A stretch of 64,000 bases of DNA from an uncultured Gammaproteobacteria bacterium. GTDB lineage: Bacteria > Patescibacteriota > Patescibacteriia > Magasanikbacterales > UBA922. Within the stretch, counting starts at the first letter, position 1. Each line of letters starts with the position of its first letter. The notes beneath the pieces are model-generated. The model saw only the letters and a program-made list of their open reading frames with translations. It ran no database searches and was not told the origin of the DNA. The stretch is taken from assembly GCA_965231005.1 (NCBI GenBank), contig OZ246405.1:546709-610708 (forward strand), in the 5' to 3' direction. Below are positions 38,111 through 47,500 of this stretch, piece after piece. A program made the position numbers and the translations under genes.

Positions 38111-39061
38111 ATGAATACTATCTCTCCAAAAGAGATCTTTGCACACCAACACATCCGTGGTGGATGGTTTTGGGTGCTTGTCATCCTCCTCGTCATCGCT
38201 GGGGCTGCCTGGCTTCACTGGGCCTACGTCCTCCCTGGCCTAAACAATCCCTTCGAGTATCCTGCGGCAATCATCTGGATCGAGTTCGCCCTGTTCTTCC
38301 TGTGGTATGCTTTTTCCAGAGTGAATCACACATTCCTCGATACGGTCTGGCCGTTCAAGTTCTTTGGCGACTACAATCGTCTGAACATTGTCGGTTACAG
38401 ACTGGTTCATTGCATGAGTGGTGATGGTGACTACAGTACCATCCTCGTCAGTAACGAGGACTGGAAAGAAAAGCAAAATAGGCGCTTGATTTTTCCAGAG
38501 CGTACACGTTTGGCACTGGTTGTGCCGCTCGGTGGATGGTTCAGCGGTGATGTTGAACTGTACGTGCACAAGGATGCTGTATATGAACTGTGCAAACCAT
38601 GGGTAGGAACGTTCCATTGTCCACATCCTGCGACTCGTGTGCTGCTGCACAAGTTCCATCTCAGTTTTCACAGCAGTGATATTCGGGGTGGAAGGGGTCT
38701 GTTTCCAAAGGTGACAACGCCAGTCGATATTCAAGATCTGCTCAAGCTCTTGAATCGTGAAGAGACCATGTCATCGATGCGAACTCTCATGGACAGGAAC
38801 CTGCTCGCGCTCTGCCGACATCTGGCAACGCTGCGCAAGCTGGATATCACAGAACCCCGGAGTCTTGCACTCAACGGCTGCATCGCAACAATGTGGCTGG
38901 CTGTTGGACAACTCGACAACAGGGATAAAATGGGTCGATCACCTGGCGCTGGTGCTATCAAGATCAACATTCTCAAAGAGCTTCGCGCTCTCGGTGAACT
39001 CAAGCCTGGAGAGCACGACAAGTTCATCCGTCTTCTGGAACAAGCTGACAAGGCTGCGTAA
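38111..39061 (+). CDS. Hypothetical membrane-anchored protein (about 316 aa) on a GC-rich island
   Basis: The ATG at 38111 follows ggag. The ORF track's 38054 start lacks an RBS. It has N-terminal TM helices (WFWVLVILLVIAGAAWL, AAIIWIEFALFFLWYAF) and a soluble C-terminal domain with no recognised motif. G+C is much higher than in neighbouring genes. Confidence 0.55.
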   Translation: MNTISPKEIFAHQHIRGGWFWVLVILLVIAGAAWLHWAYVLPGLNNPFEYPAAIIWIEFALFFLWYAFSRVNHTFLDTVWPFKFFGDYNRLNIVGYRLVHCMSGDGDYSTILVSNEDWKEKQNRRLIFPERTRLALVVPLGGWFSGDVELYVHKDAVYELCKPWVGTFHCPHPATRVLLHKFHLSFHSSDIRGGRGLFPKVTTPVDIQDLLKLLNREETMSSMRTLMDRNLLALCRHLATLRKLDITEPRSLALNGCIATMWLAVGQLDNRDKMGRSPGAGAIKINILKELRALGELKPGEHDKFIRLLEQADKAA

Positions 39062-39191
39062 AAACAAAAACACCAAGGAGAACAAACTCCGATCCAAACA
39101 AATGTGTGCCCTTTGGGTTTCGCTGCTGCAAGGTTCGGAGGGTTACAAAAGAACACCAGATTATGGTGTTTTTTTGATCCATTTTTACATA

Positions 39192-39220
39192 TTGACAAGA
39201 CACAACTTTTTCGCTATACT
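39192..39220 (+). promoter_or_regulatory. Sigma70-like promoter for lepB
   Basis: ttgaca (39192..39197), a 17-nt spacer, then tatact (39215..39220). Confidence 0.5.
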
Positions 39221-39293
39221 CACCACCATTAGTTTGAAGTGCATACCTATTTGGTGTATACTACAATTGATATTTCTCAGGTATCCTGTTTTT

Positions 39294-39911
39294 ATGTCAG
39301 AAAAAAAATTCAACACAAAAGTACATAAAGATGAACATATTCATCTCGAAGAAATAAATGCGTACGGAAAGATCGCACTGTTTTTTCTTGAATTAATAAA
39401 AATAGCACTTATTGCGGGTGTTACTATTGGACTTGTCAGATACTTTTTGTTTAAACCATTCTATGTAAAAGGACAGTCAATGGAACCAAATTATTTTGCT
39501 AGTGAATATCTTATTGTTGATGAAATTACATACCGCTTTCGTGAACCAGAACGTGGAGAAGTAATCGTATTTAAATCACCAGTTGTTCAAAAAGAATTTT
39601 ATCTCAAACGCATTATTGCATTGCCAGGAGAACGAGTAAAAGTTGAAGATGCAAAGGTTATTGTGTATAACGAGGAGTATCCTCAGGGAGTGCTTGTTGA
39701 AGAACAATACATTACAGAACAAACTCCAGGAAAAATAACTGTTACACTTGGACCAGATGAGTATTTTGTTATGGGTGACAATAGAGACGCAAGTTTTGAT
39801 TCGCGTCGATTTGGTGCGATTAGCAGAGAACATATTGTAGGAAAAACATGGCTCCGTGGGTGGCCAATTAAAAGAATTTCAACATTTAAATCTCCAGTCT
39901 ATAATTTATAA
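39294..39911 (+). CDS. lepB: Signal peptidase I
   Basis: ATG at 39294. The TM anchor is followed by GQSMEPNY (catalytic Ser box), KRIIALPGE (Lys box) and GDNRDASFDSRRFG. The track's 384-aa ORF (38757..39911) is an artefactual upstream extension through the GC-rich island. Confidence 0.85.
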   Translation: MSEKKFNTKVHKDEHIHLEEINAYGKIALFFLELIKIALIAGVTIGLVRYFLFKPFYVKGQSMEPNYFASEYLIVDEITYRFREPERGEVIVFKSPVVQKEFYLKRIIALPGERVKVEDAKVIVYNEEYPQGVLVEEQYITEQTPGKITVTLGPDEYFVMGDNRDASFDSRRFGAISREHIVGKTWLRGWPIKRISTFKSPVYNL

Positions 39912-40003
39912 AAAAGGCGGTGAAAGCCGTAAATGCTCTAAAGGCTGTAAAAGCAGCCTTTAAGGCCTTTATGGCATTTAAAGCCTTTTAAGCCTTTTTA
40001 TTT

Positions 40004-41416
40004 ATGCCAAAGAAAAAAGAAACAAAAAAAGTAGCAAAGAAAAGTTCTGCAAAGAAAGCAACAAAAAAGCCAGCAGCAAAGAAGACAAAAGCAGAGGCTG
40101 CTTCATCAGCGCCAAAAAGAACAAAGAAAACACCACAGCTTGTACGTGGGATGAAAGATATTCTTCCACCAGAATCAGCAATGTGGCAAAAACTCTATCG
40201 CACAGCAGAAGATATTTCTGAGGCATATAATTTTGGATATTTTCAAACACCTATATTAGAGGAAGCCTCATTATTTTCCCGCACTCTTGGAAGAAGTAGC
40301 GATGTAGTTAGCAAGGAAATGTATGTTTTTGAAGATAAAGATGGATCAAAGTTAGCTCTTCGTCCTGAACTTACTGCAGCAACAGCTCGTTCATATATTA
40401 CTCAGGGAATGTTAGATCGTTCACAGCCAGTAAAGTTGTGGTATTATGGTCCAATGTTCCGACATGATAGACCACAAGCAGGTCGATACAGACAATTTCA
40501 TCAATTTGGATGTGAAACGCTTGGTGTCCGAGATGCAGCAGTTGACGCTGAGTTGATTGTTGTGGCATATAACTTCCTTCGTGATCTTGGTATTGAATCA
40601 AATGTTTTTGTAAATAGTATTGGAACCCCAGCCGATAGAGAACGATATATTGTAGAGTTGGTTGGGTACCTAAGAAGTAAACGAAGCTATCTTTCAGATG
40701 AGTCAAAAAAACGGATTACAAAAAATCCATTGCGAATACTTGATTCAAAAGATGAAAATGATCAAATTGTCATTGAAGATGCACCACAAATTATTGATTG
40801 GCTAAGCGATGATTCAAAAAATCATTTCATGAAGGTATTAGAATATCTTGATGAAGCAGATGTGCCATATGTGTTGAAACCAACATTAGTTCGTGGGTTG
40901 GATTATTACACAGATACTGTTTTTGAACTGTTTGCAACAGACGAAAAAATAAAGACCAAACTTGCCCTTGGTGGGGGAGGAAGATACGATTTACTTGTTG
41001 AACAACTTGGTGGTCAGCCAACAGCAGGATCTGGTTTTTCAATCGGGCTTGAACGAGTACTTCTTGCATTGGAAGAAAAAAATAGAAGAACAGAAGACGA
41101 GCCAGAAGAGGACGCCCTTCCAACTGGACCAAGTCTTTATTTTGCACATCTTGGTGAACAAGCAAGAAAAAGGGGATTGGGAATTATTGAGTCACTCAGA
41201 AGAGAAGGAGTTACGTTGCGACATAATTTTGGAAAGTCTTCACTCAAAAGTCAGCTTGAATTAGCAGATAAATTTAAGGCAACGCATGCTGTTATTCTTG
41301 GTCAGAAAGAATTGCAAGATAATACAATTATTATTCGAGACATGTCTTCTGGTATTCAAGAAATTATTGATCAAAAGAAATTGAAAAAGGAAATTGAGAA
41401 GATTTTAGGTAAATAA
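40004..41416 (+). CDS. hisS: Histidine--tRNA ligase with a Lys/Ala-rich N-terminal extension
   Basis: HisRS motifs are present: LRPELTAATAR, WYYGPMFRHDRPQAGRYRQFHQFGCE and GGGGRYD. The first approximately 45 aa (MPKKKETKKVAKKSSAKKATKKPAAKK...) are a histone-H1-like basic tail. Confidence 0.85.
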   Translation: MPKKKETKKVAKKSSAKKATKKPAAKKTKAEAASSAPKRTKKTPQLVRGMKDILPPESAMWQKLYRTAEDISEAYNFGYFQTPILEEASLFSRTLGRSSDVVSKEMYVFEDKDGSKLALRPELTAATARSYITQGMLDRSQPVKLWYYGPMFRHDRPQAGRYRQFHQFGCETLGVRDAAVDAELIVVAYNFLRDLGIESNVFVNSIGTPADRERYIVELVGYLRSKRSYLSDESKKRITKNPLRILDSKDENDQIVIEDAPQIIDWLSDDSKNHFMKVLEYLDEADVPYVLKPTLVRGLDYYTDTVFELFATDEKIKTKLALGGGGRYDLLVEQLGGQPTAGSGFSIGLERVLLALEEKNRRTEDEPEEDALPTGPSLYFAHLGEQARKRGLGIIESLRREGVTLRHNFGKSSLKSQLELADKFKATHAVILGQKELQDNTIIIRDMSSGIQEIIDQKKLKKEIEKILGK

Positions 41417-41445
41417 TTCCTTAAGAACTGGCATATTAGGCTAAC

Positions 41446-41474
41446 TTGACATATTTCTGTCTATTTGCTATACT
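41446..41474 (+). promoter_or_regulatory. Sigma70-like promoter for rpsU
   Basis: ttgaca (41446..41451), a 17-nt spacer, then tatact (41469..41474). The RBS aggaggtga precedes the ATG at 41518. Confidence 0.5.
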
Positions 41475-41517
41475 TGTCCAGTATTAATTATTATTTTCAC
41501 CAGGAGGTGAATATATT

Positions 41518-41763
41518 ATGTCAGAAAGCAAAAGAAAAAAGAATGAGTCATTTGAGGCATTTATGCGCAGAACAAAGCGTAGTTGGCAAAAATCTGGAAA
41601 GATACTCCAAGCAAAGAAAATCAAATTTTTTGCAAAAAAGCCAAGTAAGAATGTTGTACGAAAATCTGCAGTGAAAAAGTCAAAAATGATTTCAAAAACA
41701 AATTATCTTCGAAAAATCGGAAAACTTCCTGTCGAGGAAACATTTGGTTCTCGTCGACGCTAA
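41518..41763 (+). CDS. rpsU: 30S ribosomal protein S21
   Basis: An 81-aa basic protein. ESFEAFMRRTKRSWQKSGKILQAKKIKFFAKKPS...RRR matches the S21 pattern. Confidence 0.75.
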   Translation: MSESKRKKNESFEAFMRRTKRSWQKSGKILQAKKIKFFAKKPSKNVVRKSAVKKSKMISKTNYLRKIGKLPVEETFGSRRR

Positions 41764-41818
41764 GCACAAGAAAAGATCCATTGGATCTTTTTTGTGTATT
41801 TGTTACTAATTATCACAT

Positions 41819-42262
41819 ATGTCATTAAAAGAAACACTATTGCAAGATCAAATTCAAGCAATGAAAAATAAGGAATCTGATCGATTAACAACGCTGCGGA
41901 TGGTTCTTGCAGCAATAAAAAATACAGAAATAGATTCAAAAGAAGAATTAGATGATGAAAAAATTCAAGGAATTATTGCAACACAAGTAAAACAATTAAA
42001 GGATGCATTGAAAGATTTTGAAACAGGGGGACGCTCTGATCTTATTGAAAAAACCAAAACAGAAATTTCATTGCTCGAAACATACCTTCCCGAGCAGATG
42101 TCAGACGAAGAATTGAAGACAATTGTCTCTGAAACACTTAGCCAAGTTGGTGCATCTTCGCCAGCAGATTTGGGAAAAGTTATGGGTGCAGTTATGGGAA
42201 AAGTAAAGGGAAAAGCAGACGGAAATAGAGTTCGAAGCATTGCAATGGAACTGCTCAATTAG
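41819..42262 (+). CDS. GatB/YqeY-domain protein
   Basis: A 147-aa ORF. It reads as a YqeY-family protein (LRMVLAAIKNTEIDSK..., ETYLPEQMSDEEL, DLGKVMGAVMGKVKGKADGNRV). This is the typical rpsU neighbour. Confidence 0.75.
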   Translation: MSLKETLLQDQIQAMKNKESDRLTTLRMVLAAIKNTEIDSKEELDDEKIQGIIATQVKQLKDALKDFETGGRSDLIEKTKTEISLLETYLPEQMSDEELKTIVSETLSQVGASSPADLGKVMGAVMGKVKGKADGNRVRSIAMELLN

Positions 42263-42283
42263 TATTTTTTTACATTCATTATG

Positions 42284-42311
42284 AAACGTCCTTGATTGGA
42301 CGTTTTTTTAT
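42284..42311 (+). terminator. Intrinsic terminator after the yqeY-like gene
   Basis: aaacgtcc ttgatt ggacgttt followed by ttttt. Confidence 0.55.
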
Positions 42312-42379
42312 TAACAACTCTATCGTTTTCTCTAGGTTTTTATGGTATACTGTATATACAAAATCAATAATCGTGTGCA

Positions 42380-44473
42380 ATGAAAAACGCAACACGTTTT
42401 TTCAATAACTTAAAGTATTTGAGCAGACCAAATGCATGGTTGATTGTTTTTGTTTTTATATTTTTTACCCTCTTTTCTTTTGTATTATTTAGTTCTCCAG
42501 AAACAGCGCTTGCACAACAAACAGATACATTTGGAATAGAACAGGTTGATGATTCTGTTGCATTGGGAAGTCAAGATATTCGAATAACGATTGCAAAGAT
42601 TATCCGAACGTTTCTTGGTTTTCTAGCAATTATTGCTGTAAGTCTTGTGCTGTATGCTGGATTTACTATTATGACAGCAGGAGGAAACGAAGAAAAGGTT
42701 ACTGAAGGAAAAAAGATTTTAATAAATGCAGGAATAGGTTTGGCGATTATCATGTCGTCGTTTGCTATTACACAGTTTGTATTAAACAAGTTGGCAGCTG
42801 CAACAGGAATTCGTACTGGACAAGAAGAAGGAGCACTTGTCGAGCCTGGATCTCCTGATTTTCAGAGTTATGCAGCTAGTGGATCTCTTGGATCTATTAT
42901 CAAAGATCATTATCCAGATAGAGATCAAATTGAAGTGTTTAGAAATACAAAAATTGCAGTCACATTTAGAGAGGCAATTGATCCAAGTAGTTTTGTAGAC
43001 AATAAAAATAAAACTTGCTGGAACACAGGAAAAGGTGACGTGGCTGTTTCGTGTGATGACAAAAATACAGAAGATTATTTTGGAGACTGTGTCGGGGATA
43101 ATTGTGATGTGTTAAAAACAGATGTTATTGAAATATACCAAAAAGAAGATAAAGGAAAAACAAAAGTAAAAGCTGCTGTATCATTGCAATATACTGATAA
43201 AAAAGAAGTATTTGGATTTGTGTTAGATCCAATTGATCCAGATCTATTAGGAAATGAAAAAGAAAATACATGGTATGTTGTGGACATAAATAATACACTC
43301 AAGAAATTACAAAAAGATCAAAAAGGAAATGCCATTGGAGTGTTTGACAATGAACTGTACTCTCATTATGAATGGGAATTCCAAACAAATGTAAATGCAG
43401 ATTTTGCACCTCCTGTTGTAAGTATGGTATATCCACCGGCTAATGCAACAATTGCAAGAAATGATGTAATTCAAATTCATTTTAGTGAACCTATTGATCC
43501 TTCTGTTGGGCAAGGGGTCTTAAAAGATGGTGGAGCATTTAAACATATTATTTTCAATAACAAAAAAATTTCCGGAGAATGGAAGATTGTAAATGGATAT
43601 AAAACAATAGAATTTGTTCCAAGCCAAGAATGTGGAGAAAATAGTTGTGGAGATAAATTATATTGTCTGCCTGTGATTTGTCCAGCAGGAAAGGCATGTG
43701 ACAAAGCTCCATATGAAGTATTGGCAAGAACAGCTGAGTTAAAAGATCCAAACAAAAAAGATATTTTTGATGCAAAAGCATTTTCAGGACTTATGGATAT
43801 GGCAGGAAATGCACTCGATGGTAATAAAGACAAAAAGGCTGATAATAAGCCTGCAGTAAAAAATGTTTATGAAATCGATGCATCAGAAAAGAAGGCTGAT
43901 AATTTCTCATGGAATTTTACTGTTGCAGACGAAATAGATCTTACTGCTCCATACATCACAAAAGTGACTCCAGCACTTGATGGACAAAGTATTCCAAAAC
44001 AAGCACCACTTACTATCACATTTAGTCGACCAATGATATTTGATTCGTTATATGGAGGAGTAAACATTAAGGAAACACCAAAAGCAAGTGGTGATGTAGA
44101 TAAACTTTGGTTTGTCCCAAGAGCAGAATTAACAGCAAAAGGGGAGACAAAAGTTACATTTAAACATCGTGACTTTGGTCCAAATGGACAAGATTTATTC
44201 TACTATGTGTCTATTAGTAGTGATGCAAGAAGTGGACAGAATTGTTTATATCCTGGACGTGGCCCATTTGGTTCAAAAAAAGGTGATACAGCTTCTTGCA
44301 CATACGAAGAAGATAAAAATGGAAAAGTGACAAAAAATCAGGGTTGTATTTCTGTTGATTTTGCAGCAAAAACTGACACTGGTTGTGCGCTTACAGACGG
44401 AAAGCAAGGAGAAGAAAAACAAGAAAATATAACAAAGTGTGCAGAATTATTAGATTCAAAGATTCCAAAATAG
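42380..44473 (+). CDS. Large surface protein (697 aa) with an N-terminal VirB2/TrbC-like two-helix pilin module and Cys-containing Ig/beta-rich extracellular region
   Basis: The signal/TM is followed by TDTFGIEQVDDSVALGSQDIRITIAKIIRTFLGFLAIIAVSLVLYAGFTIMTAGGNEEKVTEGKKILINAGIGLAIIMSSFAITQFVLNKL. This is two hydrophobic helices around a short polar loop. It is about 60 percent identical to the N-terminus of the next gene. Confidence 0.65.
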   Translation: MKNATRFFNNLKYLSRPNAWLIVFVFIFFTLFSFVLFSSPETALAQQTDTFGIEQVDDSVALGSQDIRITIAKIIRTFLGFLAIIAVSLVLYAGFTIMTAGGNEEKVTEGKKILINAGIGLAIIMSSFAITQFVLNKLAAATGIRTGQEEGALVEPGSPDFQSYAASGSLGSIIKDHYPDRDQIEVFRNTKIAVTFREAIDPSSFVDNKNKTCWNTGKGDVAVSCDDKNTEDYFGDCVGDNCDVLKTDVIEIYQKEDKGKTKVKAAVSLQYTDKKEVFGFVLDPIDPDLLGNEKENTWYVVDINNTLKKLQKDQKGNAIGVFDNELYSHYEWEFQTNVNADFAPPVVSMVYPPANATIARNDVIQIHFSEPIDPSVGQGVLKDGGAFKHIIFNNKKISGEWKIVNGYKTIEFVPSQECGENSCGDKLYCLPVICPAGKACDKAPYEVLARTAELKDPNKKDIFDAKAFSGLMDMAGNALDGNKDKKADNKPAVKNVYEIDASEKKADNFSWNFTVADEIDLTAPYITKVTPALDGQSIPKQAPLTITFSRPMIFDSLYGGVNIKETPKASGDVDKLWFVPRAELTAKGETKVTFKHRDFGPNGQDLFYYVSISSDARSGQNCLYPGRGPFGSKKGDTASCTYEEDKNGKVTKNQGCISVDFAAKTDTGCALTDGKQGEEKQENITKCAELLDSKIPK

Positions 44474-44527
44474 TTACTAGCTATTAGTTACTAGTTATTA
44501 GCTATTAGCTAGTAACTAATAACTAGT
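44471..44527. repeat. AT-rich inverted-repeat intergenic element (family member B)
   Basis: tagttactagctattagttactagttattagctattagctagtaactaataactagtg is built from ttagttactag and its reverse complement ctagtaactaa. Confidence 0.4.
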
Positions 44528-44539
44528 GAACAAATCTCC

Positions 44540-47500
44540 ATGAGATATTGGAATACAATTACATTTAAGCAAAAAGTAATCACCGCTTTGATGATGGCTT
44601 TTGTTTTGGTTTCTTTCATGCCAATATCTGTATTTGCGGTTGGGGCAGGAGAAAGTTGTCAAAATGCTGTTTGTGATAGTGGGTTAGCATGTAATGATGA
44701 CAAGGTCTGTGTTGCCACAGATACCTTTGGTATACAATCAGTTGATGGAGAAGTATCACTTGGAAAAGAAGATATTAGAATAACCATTACAAAAATAATT
44801 AGTACTGCGCTTGGACTACTCGGTATTATGGCTGTTGGAATCGTGCTCTACGGTGGTTTTAAATGGATGACAGCAGGAGGTAATGAGGAACAAGTATTAG
44901 ATGCCAAAAGATTGCTTATCAATGGTTTGATCGGTTTAGTCATTATTATGTCTGCATGGGCAATTGCTCGTTTTGTTTTGGCAAAGCTTTCAGATGCGAC
45001 TGGTTCGGGATCTGTTCCATGTATTGGAGAAGATTGTAAAAAGGACGAAGAACAAATTAAAGTAGTTATTCCTACTGGTGGTGACGAGTGTGCAGCTGAA
45101 AATGAATTATTTGTTTTACAAAGTATTACACCAAATCAAGATGAAACTGGGATGAATAATATTGTAATGCGTGCAATATTTAGCAAGGATGTTCAAACAC
45201 CACTCGAAGACATATTTGTTATTGAGCAAGACAAAAATCTTAAAAACAAAAATTCATTTACATATAAATATGCAGACGATGCAGGTCAGCGAATTGTTGA
45301 AGCAGTATATAAGGGAGATACGTCTTGTGCAGCTGGAGGAAAGGACTGTTTACCAGAAGGAAAAACATATACAGTAAAGGTTCACAAAAATGTAAAAGGT
45401 CCAGGCGGTGAAGCACTCCAAAATGAAAAGTTAAAAGTTACTTGTCCAGATACAAAAATAGACACACTTGTAAAAGATGGTGCAACATTCAAAGTAGACA
45501 AAAAAGCAACCGATGCACAAGATCCTTCTATCAAAGTTCAGATCTTAGATCAAAGTGGTGTTGTTGTGGCAAGTTTAGGTCAAAAAGAACCAAAAGTTGA
45601 AGCAGGAAAAACATATGATGTTCTTATTACTGCTTTTGATGACAGTGGCATGGGATATATACGTACGATACTCACAGACCATGCATCAAAGAAAATTCTT
45701 GATAAATGGTCTGGACCTTCCAGTGAATCTGACAAGGTCTTCCAAAAAACCTATTCCTTTACTGTTGGTGCTGCTGTTGAAAAAGGTGCTGCCATGAATA
45801 TTGAAGTTGAAGCATTTGATATTGATCATAAAAAAGAAGAAAAGCAGTTAACACTTTCTGTTGTAAATGATAAAAGTGGGGGAGAGGGATCTTATTGTAA
45901 AAAAATCCTAGATTGTAAGCTTGGCCTCAAGTGTGTAGCCAATGTTTGTTCGGCTTCTCCATATATTACAAACATGGACCCAGACAATGGTGCGCCAGGA
46001 AATTGGATCACGATTGCTGGACAACATTTTGGAGAGAAGCCAGGAAAAATTCAATTTTCATTTGATAAAAATAAAAATGGACAGATCGATGGAGCAGACG
46101 AATGGAAAGACGCAAAAATTGTGGCATGTAATGATAAAAAACCAATGTGGACTGATAACTTTGTCATTGTGGAAGTTCCTTCTGACAAAGATATTGGTTT
46201 AGAAGCATTTGTAAAGGTTATTACTGAAAGTGGGGAAGAAGATACAAGTGGAGATGATTTTGGTCCGCTTGCAGCACCATTTGAAAAAGGAGATGGTGTT
46301 CCAAATGGTGTCTTTAAAAGGAATAGTACAAAACGACCAGGATTGTGTCAGGTTGTGGCAAAAAAAGATCTTGCAACACAAGCAAAACCAGAAGAATCAA
46401 TTCATACATTGGGTTCAGGGTTTGGGCCAAAAGAGCAAGCTGGAAAGATTCTTTTTGGAGGAAAAGCATTTGACGGTCTTCACTGGAACGAGGTGAATGT
46501 TGAAATTCCTGTTCCTACAAATCTTAATCCAGCTACTGTTGATGTAAGAGTTCAAGCAAAAAATGGTGAAAAAAGTAATGGAGTATTATTTACTGTTCTT
46601 CCTGGAGATGCAGACCTTGAGCTTCCAATTATTGACAACATAGATCCTGCAACATCTACAGTGAATAGCTTTGTCACTATTACTGGAAGGAATTTTGGTG
46701 ATAGTGGAAAAATATTTCTCACACTGGAAAAAGGTGGTGTGTGTCCTGGCGGTGGATGTATGGAGATAAAAACACCAGCCGTTTGTGGTAACACATGGAG
46801 TGATAAACAAGTTGTAGCAGAAATTCCTAATGTACAAACAATCAACTTTACTAAACCGTACTATGTTGTTATTCAAAATGGAAAAACAAAAAAGAGTAGC
46901 AATGGACAACAGTCACTCAGAGTTATAAAAGGAGATCCAATACCTGGACTTTGTTCTATAACACCAAACAAAGGTCCTGCACCACTTCCTGCAGGGGTTG
47001 ACCTTGTATTAAAAGGAAATAATTTTGATAAACCAACAGTATATTTTTATAAAAAAGGTGCAGATATTAAAAAGGTTTCAGAGTGGTTTAAACAAGCAGT
47101 AGATAAACTAAAAAGTGCTTCGAAAACAGAGATCGTCACACTTTTACCATTAGAAAAAACAGGTAAATCTATGCCAACCGGACCAATTCGTGTTGGTGTA
47201 GGGTCAAAACTCAGTAACAGTGTGAATTATGAAGTTGTGGATTGTACAGTAGATGCATCTGGCAAACCAGGCGAGGAATATCGATGTTGTAGCGCAGAAG
47301 GGCCAGATAAAGGATTGTGGAAACATACAAAGAATGTATGTTCAGGAGAAGTCAGAGATGCAGGATATGTATGGAGATTTACAACAGGAAAGTTTCCAGA
47401 AATTCCATATGTTGTTGAACAAACAACCTGTACTCCTGAAAAAGATGCAAATGGAAAATTAAAAGATGTAAAAGAACTTTCTTCTCCAAGTCCATGGAAA

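Noticed and set aside
38757-39911. A 384-aa ORF suggesting a much longer lepB
   Set aside because: The upstream approximately 180 codons run through the GC-rich island in a different frame from the real island gene and have no signal-peptidase similarity. The recognisable LepB sequence, an RBS-like context and a TTGACA/TATACT promoter all point to the ATG at 39294.
39912-40003. Odd aaggc/gcctt-rich spacer between lepB and hisS, as a possible small RNA or repeat
   Set aside because: It is most simply a pair of terminator hairpins (aaaggctg...cagccttt and aaggcctt) for lepB, followed by the hisS leader. There is no second copy in the window.
40827-41264. ORFs on both strands inside hisS (112 aa minus, 100 aa plus)
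   Set aside because: They are embedded in a gene with unambiguous HisRS motifs. There are no independent signals.
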